Origin: a virus
Taxonomy: Duplodnaviria; Caudoviricetes
Virus record (IMG/VR): IMGVR_UViG_3300035701_000039
Span: 1 to 55,692 of that record
DNA: 55,692 bases
Direction: 5' to 3' (one strand)
Below the pieces are notes generated by a model. The model worked only from the letters and a program-made list of their open reading frames with translations, was not told the origin of the DNA and searched no databases. This document shows, piece by piece, positions 8,413 through 16,508 of this stretch (position 1 is its first letter; the number at the start of each line of letters is the position of its first letter). The position numbers were made by a program, and so were the translations under genes.

Positions 8413-9374
8413 GAGTATTCAAAGGGAATAACGTGCCGGGCCTCTACGCCGACATTCTGAGAGAAATTCTCTTGGAAGGAAAAGAAGTGGGTCCTAGAGG
8501 TTTGAAGACGAAGGAACTTAGTCCGGTCTGTATAGAAGTGACGGATCCGAGAAGAAGGTTGTTCGGTCACCCGCACCGGAAGGATGTCAGCATTTTCACC
8601 TACATAGAAGGTCTTTGGATCCTAAGGCATGAGAATAAACCGGATAGATTGGTTCATTACGTTCCAGCAATGGCCAATTTTGTTAATGAAGAAACAGGGG
8701 AACTAGACGGGGCTTACGGTCCAGCTATAAGTACCCAATTGGATCAATGTTTTCAGAGACTTAAGGCGGATCCAGATACCAGACAAGCAGTAGTCATGAT
8801 CAATCAACCTCAACTTCATAGACTCCCAACGAAAGATTTTCCTTGCACCCTTACCTTTCAATTCCTACTTCGGGACGACTTTCTAGATCTGATCGTCAAT
8901 ATGAGGAGTCAAGATGCTTGGCTAGGTTTAATCTATGATACTGGAGAATTTCAGTGGTTTCAAGAGATAATGGCGGGCTGGCTTGGAGTGAATCTAGGGA
9001 GATACTATCATATTGATGGAAGCCTTCACCTCTATGAGAGGGATTGGAAGAAGGCACAAGAGGTTGTGGATTATGATTTCAACTTCGCCCTTTATGATCA
9101 AGCTGTAGTCCTAGATGCTCGGTTAGGAAAATTCGATTATGACCAAATTGAACGTCACATGGCCTTTTGGGAATATGCCTGCAGGAAAGGGGATTTCAAT
9201 TCGGTTGAAGAATGGGAAATTCATAACGATTTCTATATGAATTTGGCTGACATAATTATGGCTTACAATCTGCGACTTGAAGGGCACAAGGAAGAAGCCT
9301 ATGAAATAGTCAGACACAACAAAAGTGATTTAGGTTTAATCTATGAGACAAGGTGGAGAAGAAATGCCGAGTAA
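8409..9374 (+). CDS. Thymidylate-synthase-fold enzyme, probable dCMP (hydroxy)methylase
   Basis: GAYG, TRQA, DFPCT catalytic Cys, MRSQDAWLGLIYD (Asp where ThyA has Asn), SLHLYE. Confidence 0.85.
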   Translation: MRVFKGNNVPGLYADILREILLEGKEVGPRGLKTKELSPVCIEVTDPRRRLFGHPHRKDVSIFTYIEGLWILRHENKPDRLVHYVPAMANFVNEETGELDGAYGPAISTQLDQCFQRLKADPDTRQAVVMINQPQLHRLPTKDFPCTLTFQFLLRDDFLDLIVNMRSQDAWLGLIYDTGEFQWFQEIMAGWLGVNLGRYYHIDGSLHLYERDWKKAQEVVDYDFNFALYDQAVVLDARLGKFDYDQIERHMAFWEYACRKGDFNSVEEWEIHNDFYMNLADIIMAYNLRLEGHKEEAYEIVRHNKSDLGLIYETRWRRNAE

Positions 9375-9552
9375 AGAGAAGGAATTATTCCATAAGGAAG
9401 AAGTCCCGGAATCAATGATTGATCCGTGGGAGAAACCGACTCTTATCGTTAAAAGAAGGGATAGTTATGAACTCCATTTCAAGAACAGAGTGGAATTTAT
9501 GACTTTAACGGGCAAGTATTTAGGCTGGAGTGAAGTTGAAGTTGTTGAGTGA
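9364..9552 (+). CDS. Hypothetical protein
   Basis: ORF 9343..9552; likely start is the internal ATG (MPSKE) after GGAG. Confidence 0.5.
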   Translation: MPSKEKELFHKEEVPESMIDPWEKPTLIVKRRDSYELHFKNRVEFMTLTGKYLGWSEVEVVE

Positions 9553-10060
9553 CAAACAGATTTTGGACCTAATAGCATCTGGGGACATTAAGATAGAACC
9601 ATTCGATAGGAAAAGACTGGGGCCAGTAAGTTACGACCTGACCACTGAAAGCATAGAACCGGGTTTCAGAGGGGTCTATAAACTAGTTTCAAAAGAGCGA
9701 ATTAGACTGTCGAATAAGGTCGTGGGGTTAGTATGCATGAGGTCTAGGACAACCCTTCAGGGCTGGTTCGGTTCCTTTAGCGCTTTAGTCGATCCCGGTT
9801 ATTGTGGTAACTTGATTTTTCTAGTCTATAAACCTGCTCTTATCGCCGTTTCTTCGATCGGGGAAATGAACGATATGTTTCAGATTATGTTCTTCAAGGT
9901 CGGGGATGTGGAGCAGGCTTATAACGAGAGGGAGTTGAGCACGGCCATGAATAGGAAAGGTTGGTCTCCGTGGTTGAGAGAAGCCGTAGACACTTTACCT
10001 CCAGATGAAGAGAAGGAATCAGGTCTTGAAACAGAGGTCCAAGAGAATCCTGTCATATAG
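9530..10060 (+). CDS. dcd: dCTP deaminase / dUTPase-fold protein
   Basis: LLSDKQI, IEPF, PVSYDL, RS, VDPGYxGNL, QIMF. Confidence 0.88.
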   Translation: MKLKLLSDKQILDLIASGDIKIEPFDRKRLGPVSYDLTTESIEPGFRGVYKLVSKERIRLSNKVVGLVCMRSRTTLQGWFGSFSALVDPGYCGNLIFLVYKPALIAVSSIGEMNDMFQIMFFKVGDVEQAYNERELSTAMNRKGWSPWLREAVDTLPPDEEKESGLETEVQENPVI

Positions 10061-10199
10061 GATCTTATCTATTGTGTCTGAATTCCTTATCGTCTATCTA
10101 GTCACAGGTTCAATTGTGATTCCTACCATCACTACTCCCGCCTGCATATTCATTCATACCGGTCTTCATTATCTTATTGAAAGGATCTGGAAAGATTGA
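10005..10199 (+). CDS. Small membrane protein (DUF2061-like)
   Basis: RSxKRILSYRILS...YLVTGS...HYLIERIW pattern; two hydrophobic segments. Confidence 0.6.
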   Translation: MKRRNQVLKQRSKRILSYRILSIVSEFLIVYLVTGSIVIPTITTPACIFIHTGLHYLIERIWKD

Positions 10200-11680
10200 A
10201 CGAAATAGAAGGGATTAGGATTAAGCTTGGAAATGCCAAGAATATTTTTGACGTCATGGACTGTTGCAAGGATTGGAGAGAAATTTTAAGTCTCAGGATC
10301 AAGTCCACTCTTAGACCCTACCAATTACCTCTCTCTGACAAGATGATAGAATATGTCATTTCAGAAGGGATAATCGGGAATGAAATCAGCAGCCTCTGGT
10401 CCAGACAAAGTGGGAAGACTGAAACCGTCGCCTTCACGAGTTTAGTCTTAGGGACCTTCCATAACCTATTCCTAGGAGAGGATTTCGGTTGTGGCCTCTT
10501 TGCCCCGGTTGAAAGCATGATCACTCACGTCACGAGGAACAGGGTTAGACAGAAGTACAAGATGATTAAACACTGGCTGGAAAGGGACGCCCATATAATT
10601 CAAACTGCCGGAGAAGGATATACCGCTGCAACCTTCACCCTTCTGAATCTGGTCAACAACAAGGAATTAACCATAAGGTCTCTATCTGCTGGAGAATCAG
10701 CCTCGATCATTGGTGAAACCTTTAACCTCTTGGTAATTGAACAGTCAGAAATTGTTGACGCCCTCAAACTGAAGACAGACATATTTCCTATGGGAGCAGC
10801 GAAGGGAGGAGTAAGAATAATGACCGGGACAACCTCACCCTACTTTAGGAATGAGTATTTCAGGGAGGCTATTGAGAAGTGGAATAAAGATCCTAAACTG
10901 AACAAGTCCACTTCCGACTTCGTAGAGATGATAGACTGGAAAGAAGCGGCTAAAGTCTGTCCGGCGTATGCCCGTTATGTAAAGAGGGAAAGGGATAAAC
11001 TAGGGGAAGACTCAATAGAATTCAAGACCCAATACGGTTTAGAATGGGTAGGAGTAGCTCTTAAGTTCGTTGCTTGGGAAACCTTAGCCGTTCTTGAGCA
11101 GGACTACCAAAGTCTCAAGGAGAGGTTAAGGTTCTTTGCTGTGGATCCGGCTAGAGCAGGGGACTCGACGGTTGTTACAGTCATAGAACTAGACGGGGCG
11201 TCTATCCATATACTGGGCTGGTTAGAATTGGAAGGTCTAGACTTTGAGACCCATCAGGTCCCTACTATAGTTGAGTGGTTAAAGCAGTATGACCCTCTCA
11301 GGTACGGATTAGTAGATATTGCCGGTCTAGGTCGTCCCGTCTATGATATGTTGAAGAAAAGACTGTGGCCATGGGCTAGACTAGATTCTTATTATCCATC
11401 TGCATCGGGGAATGATGAGGTATTTAAGGCAATGGATCGGGAATTTGCTCATAAGAGAATCTTCTATCCCAAGACGGTGGCTGACGACCAGAAGAAGAAC
11501 AAGGCCAAATTCATCGAGCAGATGTTGGATCTGGAGAGGAAATATACTGGGTTCAGCCTCAAACTTTCAGCCCCTCATATCAAGGGAAGGCATGACGACT
11601 ACCCATGCAGTTTAGCGATGGCTGTATATGCATTGAAGGAGAAAGCGTTTAAGCCGGGTGTTTCCTATGTTGAACTTTAG
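10196..11680 (+). CDS. terL: Terminase large subunit
   Basis: LRPYQ, SRQSGKT Walker A, LLVIEQSE Walker B variant, TGT, AVDPARAGD and HDDYPCSLA nuclease motifs. Confidence 0.93.
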   Translation: MNEIEGIRIKLGNAKNIFDVMDCCKDWREILSLRIKSTLRPYQLPLSDKMIEYVISEGIIGNEISSLWSRQSGKTETVAFTSLVLGTFHNLFLGEDFGCGLFAPVESMITHVTRNRVRQKYKMIKHWLERDAHIIQTAGEGYTAATFTLLNLVNNKELTIRSLSAGESASIIGETFNLLVIEQSEIVDALKLKTDIFPMGAAKGGVRIMTGTTSPYFRNEYFREAIEKWNKDPKLNKSTSDFVEMIDWKEAAKVCPAYARYVKRERDKLGEDSIEFKTQYGLEWVGVALKFVAWETLAVLEQDYQSLKERLRFFAVDPARAGDSTVVTVIELDGASIHILGWLELEGLDFETHQVPTIVEWLKQYDPLRYGLVDIAGLGRPVYDMLKKRLWPWARLDSYYPSASGNDEVFKAMDREFAHKRIFYPKTVADDQKKNKAKFIEQMLDLERKYTGFSLKLSAPHIKGRHDDYPCSLAMAVYALKEKAFKPGVSYVEL

Positions 11681-11737
11681 AATAGTTCATCCTTTCATCT
11701 TTTTAATGCAGTTATCCTTCTTATGGCCTGTTTCATT

Positions 11738-11752
11738 AAAAACATTTAAATA
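11738..11752 (+). promoter_or_regulatory. BRE/TATA promoter for the structured RNA
   Basis: AAAAACA-TTTAAATA at 11745-11752; canonical spacing puts the start site at about G11776. Confidence 0.7.
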
Positions 11753-11774
11753 GAAGATCAGCGCTTATATCTAA

Positions 11775-11911
11775 TGCCGATACCGAACCTTACCGTGACA
11801 AACCACATTGTCGCGGAGATAGGGCGCTACTCTTGTGGAAAGGTCTTTGAACAAAGACTGGGAGTGTGTGATACTGTCCCCACGTTCACGGGATAAGCAA
11901 TCGGGTCGGTA
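11775..11911 (+). ncRNA. Predicted ~136-nt structured RNA (four-way junction with complementary loop and bulge)
   Basis: Ends pair (UGCCGAU-A-CCGA / UCGG-GUCGGUA); 9-bp hairpin 11793-11816; long arm 11818-11878; own promoter and T-tract. Confidence 0.7.
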
Positions 11912-11914
11912 AAC

Positions 11915-11922
11915 TATTTTTT
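11915..11922 (+). terminator. Oligo-T terminator
   Basis: TATTTTTT directly after the closing stem. Confidence 0.6.
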
Positions 11923-11930
11923 ATAGCTAG

Positions 11931-11944
11931 TTCAAGTTTAAATA
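11931..11944 (+). promoter_or_regulatory. TATA promoter for the protease/portal operon
   Basis: TTCAAG-TTTAAATA; the same core occurs at 11745 and 40038. Confidence 0.65.
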
Positions 11945-11968
11945 TTTCCGACCGCTCTATCTTCTTAG

Positions 11969-12853
11969 GTGATTAATGTGCCTCCTATTCGTTATAGTGA
12001 AGAGGAAAGAGCGAAGCAGCACGCAGAAATTTTATGGCCGACAGTCCGGATACACACAGAGAAGGCTTGGGGATCAGGGACCATCGTCTATTCTGAAGTG
12101 AACGCTAAAGGGGAATTCGTCTCTTATGTTTTGACCTGCCATCACGTCATTGCCGACAATATCAAGATCGAGAAGAAATTCGATCATAGGGTCGGATATG
12201 ACATCAAGAAGGAGATTAGAATACCGGTAGAGATAGAATTCTTCTATTACGAGAAAATGTCCAGATGTATGGGCATAGCTGGATCCTGCAAGGCTGATAT
12301 AGTCGCTTATGACGAAGATGGTGACATTGCTCTCTTAGAATTCAAAAAGACGTCTAAGACCCAACCTGTAGCAACCTTATTCCCGAAGAATCGGGAAGAT
12401 GAAGTTCATGTCTTCGACGAGGTATGGGCCTGCGGTGCAGCATTAGCCCACGAACCTATAGCCACTAAGGGTATCATAAACTTCATGAATGAAATCCTCG
12501 AGAATGGTGTCGAATACTGGATGAGCAGCGCCCAGATCATTTTCGGCAATTCCGGAGGATCCCTATTCAGGTATAGCGAGGAAAGAGACAAGTATGAATT
12601 CCTAGGCATGCCTGCCCGTATAAGCATCTCCATGTCCGGCTTCAGTGCTGATCCTATAACCCACATGGGGTTCTTTGTCCCCATAACTAGAATCTATGAA
12701 TTCTTGGACAACCATTTCTTCCAGTACATATACGACAAGAACGAGACGTTTGAGACCTGCAAGAAGAAGATGGAAGACTTCAAGAAGGAACAAGAGAAGC
12801 TATTACTAGCCAAATTCGGCGGTTCTCCAGAGCAGGACAAGAGGGAGAAATAG
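11969..12853 (+). CDS. Trypsin-like serine protease
   Basis: GSGT, LTCHHV (His), DIALL (Asp), GNSGG (Ser). Confidence 0.92.
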   Translation: MINVPPIRYSEEERAKQHAEILWPTVRIHTEKAWGSGTIVYSEVNAKGEFVSYVLTCHHVIADNIKIEKKFDHRVGYDIKKEIRIPVEIEFFYYEKMSRCMGIAGSCKADIVAYDEDGDIALLEFKKTSKTQPVATLFPKNREDEVHVFDEVWACGAALAHEPIATKGIINFMNEILENGVEYWMSSAQIIFGNSGGSLFRYSEERDKYEFLGMPARISISMSGFSADPITHMGFFVPITRIYEFLDNHFFQYIYDKNETFETCKKKMEDFKKEQEKLLLAKFGGSPEQDKREK

Positions 12854-12855
12854 CA

Positions 12856-13071
12856 ATGGGCTTGCCGAATGGAAAGTGTGATTCATGTGGAGAAAAGGTT
12901 GATGTCCTCTTTCCAGTCGGCATTCTAGACGAATTGCCTACGGGTGGAGAAGCTCATGTTCAACGTTGGTACTGCATCTCTTGCAAGGATACTCTAGAAG
13001 AAGAGGCGGGAGAGGCAGATGATAAGACCGACGATGACGATGAGCAGCCAAGACCTTTTAACCCGAAGTGA
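12856..13071 (+). CDS. Zn-finger protein with acidic tail
   Basis: CDSC...CISC. Confidence 0.6.
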   Translation: MGLPNGKCDSCGEKVDVLFPVGILDELPTGGEAHVQRWYCISCKDTLEEEAGEADDKTDDDDEQPRPFNPK

Positions 13072-13075
13072 TTAG

Positions 13076-15622
13076 ATGCCAAGAGCAAAAATAGCGAAGA
13101 ACCAGCCGAAGATACCCTCTTTTTCTAGGAGGGAGAAGGCATTAGCGGTTCTAGGAAGATTAGTCGGCGTAAAGCTGGAGAAGACTACTCCAGTCCAACC
13201 AACTTTTGTCTTTGAACCAGAACCTCAGATCAGATACCCTGTTTATGATTACATCAATCTATTTGAGGTAGCCACTACTTCATGGCCGCTCAGACGGGCA
13301 TTCCGGGCGATCATTCAGGAATGCATAAGGAACCGTTGGACGATCAAACCGGCCTTTAAGTGGAAGTGTGACAAATGTGGCAAGACGTATGACCACACCC
13401 CGAATGAGAATCAGTTGAAGGAAGGGGAAAAACCGAAGTGCGAGGCTAATGGGTGTGGTGCTGAATTAAGACAACCATCCGAAGATCAGGCTAGGATTCT
13501 AGAACGTCTTCTTAAGAGACCGAATGGGGACTACCATTTCGATGACTTTGTTAAGTCATCTATATTCTACGACTTGTCCTTAGACGACTGGTACTGGGGC
13601 ATGTCCTTCAAGCGGGTTCCTAAGACTGAAGGCGGCAAGGTAGTCGTTCAGGAGAAGAAGGTAGTCTACGAGAAGGTCCCTAAAGAAATATTCGTTGAGG
13701 ATGCAAGGTTCATCTTCCCAGTAGCAGACGAATTCGGACACCTAGGCGGTTACGAATGGTTCTGTTCAGAATGTTATGATAAACAGCCCGGGGATCAGCC
13801 GGTAGTTGCTATCAGACAAGACATGAGTCTAGCAGATCGACAAAAGGCTATAATCTGTCCTCTCTGTGGGGAAGTAATGGAACAGACGGCCTACGTTCAG
13901 GAAATAGGCGGGATGGTGACGGCAAGGTTCACCAAGAACGAACTTATTCATGGGTCCAGTTCCAGAGTAGCACCTGCCCTCTTTGGGAATTCTAAGATCG
14001 TAAGCGTATGGAAGCTAGTTCAAACGGTCTTAGCCATGGACGATTATAATTGGGAAGTCTACAGCACCGGAAAGGTTGGAAGCATCATTGGCTTTCCGGG
14101 AGAGGACCAGTTAGAAGTCGACGAGAAGAAGAAGGCCATAGAAGAGGAAATCAAGGCCCTTGACGCTAAAGACATTCAGAGTGGAAGGTACAAGTCTTCT
14201 AAGAAGATAAGGACCCTAATGCTCGGTCTCAAGAAGGACCAGCAACCGATCAGGATTCCTATCATGGAAGACATGAAGGCGATGCAGTCGATCGAATTCT
14301 ACAGGCTCTACATGGAAGCAATTGCCGGAATATATGGGGTTACACCTGAATTCGTGAGCACAACGGACGTGGCCGGAGGAGGGATAAAACTCAAGATTGA
14401 TGTTCAGAACAGGACGACTCAGGAGCATCAGGCTGGATTTGCGGATCTATTTAACGACGACCTACTCCCCAAGTTCGGGATAACCGACTGGTTGTTCATC
14501 TTCAATCCGATAGAGGGAAGGGACCAATTAAGGGACTCTCAGACCGAACACACTAAGGCTGCTACCGCCATGACTTGGGCTCAGGCTGGGTTCAATGTAA
14601 GTCTAGGACCCGGAAGAGAATTGATCGTCACTGGAAAAGCGAACATACCTAGGGTTCAAGAACCTTCTAGGGCGGGTGAAGCACCTCGTTTCATGGAAGG
14701 CAAACCTGAATTCTGGCAGGGAGGAGAACCCACTAGGACAGGCGGCGAACGACTAGAATTGGGTGAGAAACCCACGGTTGAAGGGATGGGTGAGGGTGAA
14801 GTCCGTCTACCCATTTCTTGGTATTCAGCTTCTCAGATACGGATATGGGACCGGGTCTATGCTCTCAACAATGACAAAGATGAAGTCTATGTCGTGGTTA
14901 ACAATCATGAAGTGCAAGGGACTAGAACTTCGGCTACTAATCTTAACTACGCTGTAGCTTACCTTCTCGATAACGTTCTGGAATACATTAGCTCAAAACT
15001 AGCTGGAAAAGTGGGATTTAACGAAGATGACTTTAAGTCCGGGCAAAAGAAGATCGTGACTGGCTTTCGAAGGAAATTTGAGCCAGAACTTTTGATAAAC
15101 CTAGCTAGTTACTTAGATTCAATCGGCATGGAAGCCCTTGGTGAAAAGATTGATAGTCTGAGGATGAGACTAGAACAGATCAAGCCCAAGAAACTAGAGA
15201 TTCAGGGAGAACCGAGTACGGAAACGGCGTCTGGAGAAATGTTGGAACCGATATTTGAACAGAAGTCTATTCTTCAGGCTCGTGCTCCTTTCGGGGTTTC
15301 ATGGCAGGAGGAAACATTGTTCAAAGCTTTCAAGTCGATAATCAAATGGGCGCAGGATGAGGTTAAGAAGGGGAAGAACAAGGAAAAGGTGACGCACGAG
15401 GCCCTAATCAAGGCTCAACATACTTTGGACTCATCCTATGAGGAACTGGTTAAGCGGGCAATTGAGCATGCCAAGAAGAGGACGAAGAAGATCGTAAATC
15501 TTTCGCCCGATGAATTGAGAAGGATCAACGCCTATAAAGAAAACAGTCTCAACGATTTTGATAGGATCCTAAGAGATTCTCTAAAGGAGACGAAGAAGAA
15601 TGACGGAGAAAACATTGAGTAA
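13076..15622 (+). CDS. Portal protein with two Zn-ribbon insertions and a long C-terminal extension
   Basis: Position after terminase; LLKRPN, IAGIYGVTPEFV and FNDDLLPKFGI portal-like segments; CDKC/CxxxxC and CSEC/CPLC. Confidence 0.85.
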   Translation: MPRAKIAKNQPKIPSFSRREKALAVLGRLVGVKLEKTTPVQPTFVFEPEPQIRYPVYDYINLFEVATTSWPLRRAFRAIIQECIRNRWTIKPAFKWKCDKCGKTYDHTPNENQLKEGEKPKCEANGCGAELRQPSEDQARILERLLKRPNGDYHFDDFVKSSIFYDLSLDDWYWGMSFKRVPKTEGGKVVVQEKKVVYEKVPKEIFVEDARFIFPVADEFGHLGGYEWFCSECYDKQPGDQPVVAIRQDMSLADRQKAIICPLCGEVMEQTAYVQEIGGMVTARFTKNELIHGSSSRVAPALFGNSKIVSVWKLVQTVLAMDDYNWEVYSTGKVGSIIGFPGEDQLEVDEKKKAIEEEIKALDAKDIQSGRYKSSKKIRTLMLGLKKDQQPIRIPIMEDMKAMQSIEFYRLYMEAIAGIYGVTPEFVSTTDVAGGGIKLKIDVQNRTTQEHQAGFADLFNDDLLPKFGITDWLFIFNPIEGRDQLRDSQTEHTKAATAMTWAQAGFNVSLGPGRELIVTGKANIPRVQEPSRAGEAPRFMEGKPEFWQGGEPTRTGGERLELGEKPTVEGMGEGEVRLPISWYSASQIRIWDRVYALNNDKDEVYVVVNNHEVQGTRTSATNLNYAVAYLLDNVLEYISSKLAGKVGFNEDDFKSGQKKIVTGFRRKFEPELLINLASYLDSIGMEALGEKIDSLRMRLEQIKPKKLEIQGEPSTETASGEMLEPIFEQKSILQARAPFGVSWQEETLFKAFKSIIKWAQDEVKKGKNKEKVTHEALIKAQHTLDSSYEELVKRAIEHAKKRTKKIVNLSPDELRRINAYKENSLNDFDRILRDSLKETKKNDGENIE

Positions 15623-15701
15623 ATGGGCCATTCGTGCCCATGACGGCACCGAGTATAGGAAAGTCGCTGTTTCAAGTTTAGGAGTGTTGAGTACAAGATG
15701 A
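15600..15701 (+). CDS. 33-aa peptide paralogous to the N-terminus of the next protein
   Basis: MTEKTLSKWAIRAHDGTEYRKVAVSSLG vs MSEKGLPARAIYGFDGTNWVKVKVDADG; ATGA coupling. Confidence 0.65.
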   Translation: MTEKTLSKWAIRAHDGTEYRKVAVSSLGVLSTR

Positions 15702-16498
15702 GTGAAAAAGGCCTGCCGGCCCGGGCAATTTATGGTTTTGACGGTACCAACTGGGTAAAGGTCAAGGTTGATGCAGATGGAAAGGTCTATATTACTAATA
15801 CAGATCTAACCACTATTCTCGCGGCGGTACAACATACCACTTATGGTCTTTCTGCCCTCAAGACCCTGATAGATTCAATCATAGCAAAAACTGATCTCAT
15901 ACCTGCAGGTGGGATAGCAACTGAGGATAAACAAGATACTATCATTGACAAAACAGAGAATTTGCCTTCAGATCCCGCAGACGAATCCGCTGTAGAAGCA
16001 GCCATAACCGCCGCTCATTCTGCTACCGAGACAAAGATTGAGAGGAAAATAACACACATGGATTTCTGGGCGGATAATACGGCGCAGGTCATTTTGACGA
16101 CAATAGCAACTGCCGACTATGCTCTGTCCGCTTTAACCGTGGCCGGAATACCTAACGGAGCAACTTTAGTTCGCGTCGTTGCCCTGCTCAAGATAGCGGT
16201 TATTCGGGATACAAGCGCCTCCAACAATGCTGTGAATGGAGCAACTGCCCTAAAAGTTGATGCTGATGTTGCTTATGGTTCATTGGTTACGGCTATAGAT
16301 ATTGCAGACAATTCATGGGCTGTTCTGGTGGCGAATGGTGCAGACCGGGGCGGGGACATTATGATTGGAGACAACGATGTCAAGACCGAAATAACCGGGA
16401 ATGGGATTTTTTACGCCCGGTTAGAGAACATAGCCTGTGACGGGAACAATCTCAGCCTTGAAGACGTTGCTTGGGGAGTAAGGGTTTACTTTTACTGA
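15698..16498 (+). CDS. Virion structural protein (fibre/spike-like)
   Basis: A/T/D-rich; KTDxLP / KTExLP helical repeats; beta-rich C-terminal domain. Confidence 0.65.
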   Translation: MSEKGLPARAIYGFDGTNWVKVKVDADGKVYITNTDLTTILAAVQHTTYGLSALKTLIDSIIAKTDLIPAGGIATEDKQDTIIDKTENLPSDPADESAVEAAITAAHSATETKIERKITHMDFWADNTAQVILTTIATADYALSALTVAGIPNGATLVRVVALLKIAVIRDTSASNNAVNGATALKVDADVAYGSLVTAIDIADNSWAVLVANGADRGGDIMIGDNDVKTEITGNGIFYARLENIACDGNNLSLEDVAWGVRVYFY

Positions 16499-16508
16499 GG
16501 CATAGTCT

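Noticed and set aside
11775-11911. tRNA call for the structured RNA
   Set aside because: It has a four-way junction and a GUUCA, but arm lengths, D-loop, anticodon arm and acceptor stem do not fit a tRNA
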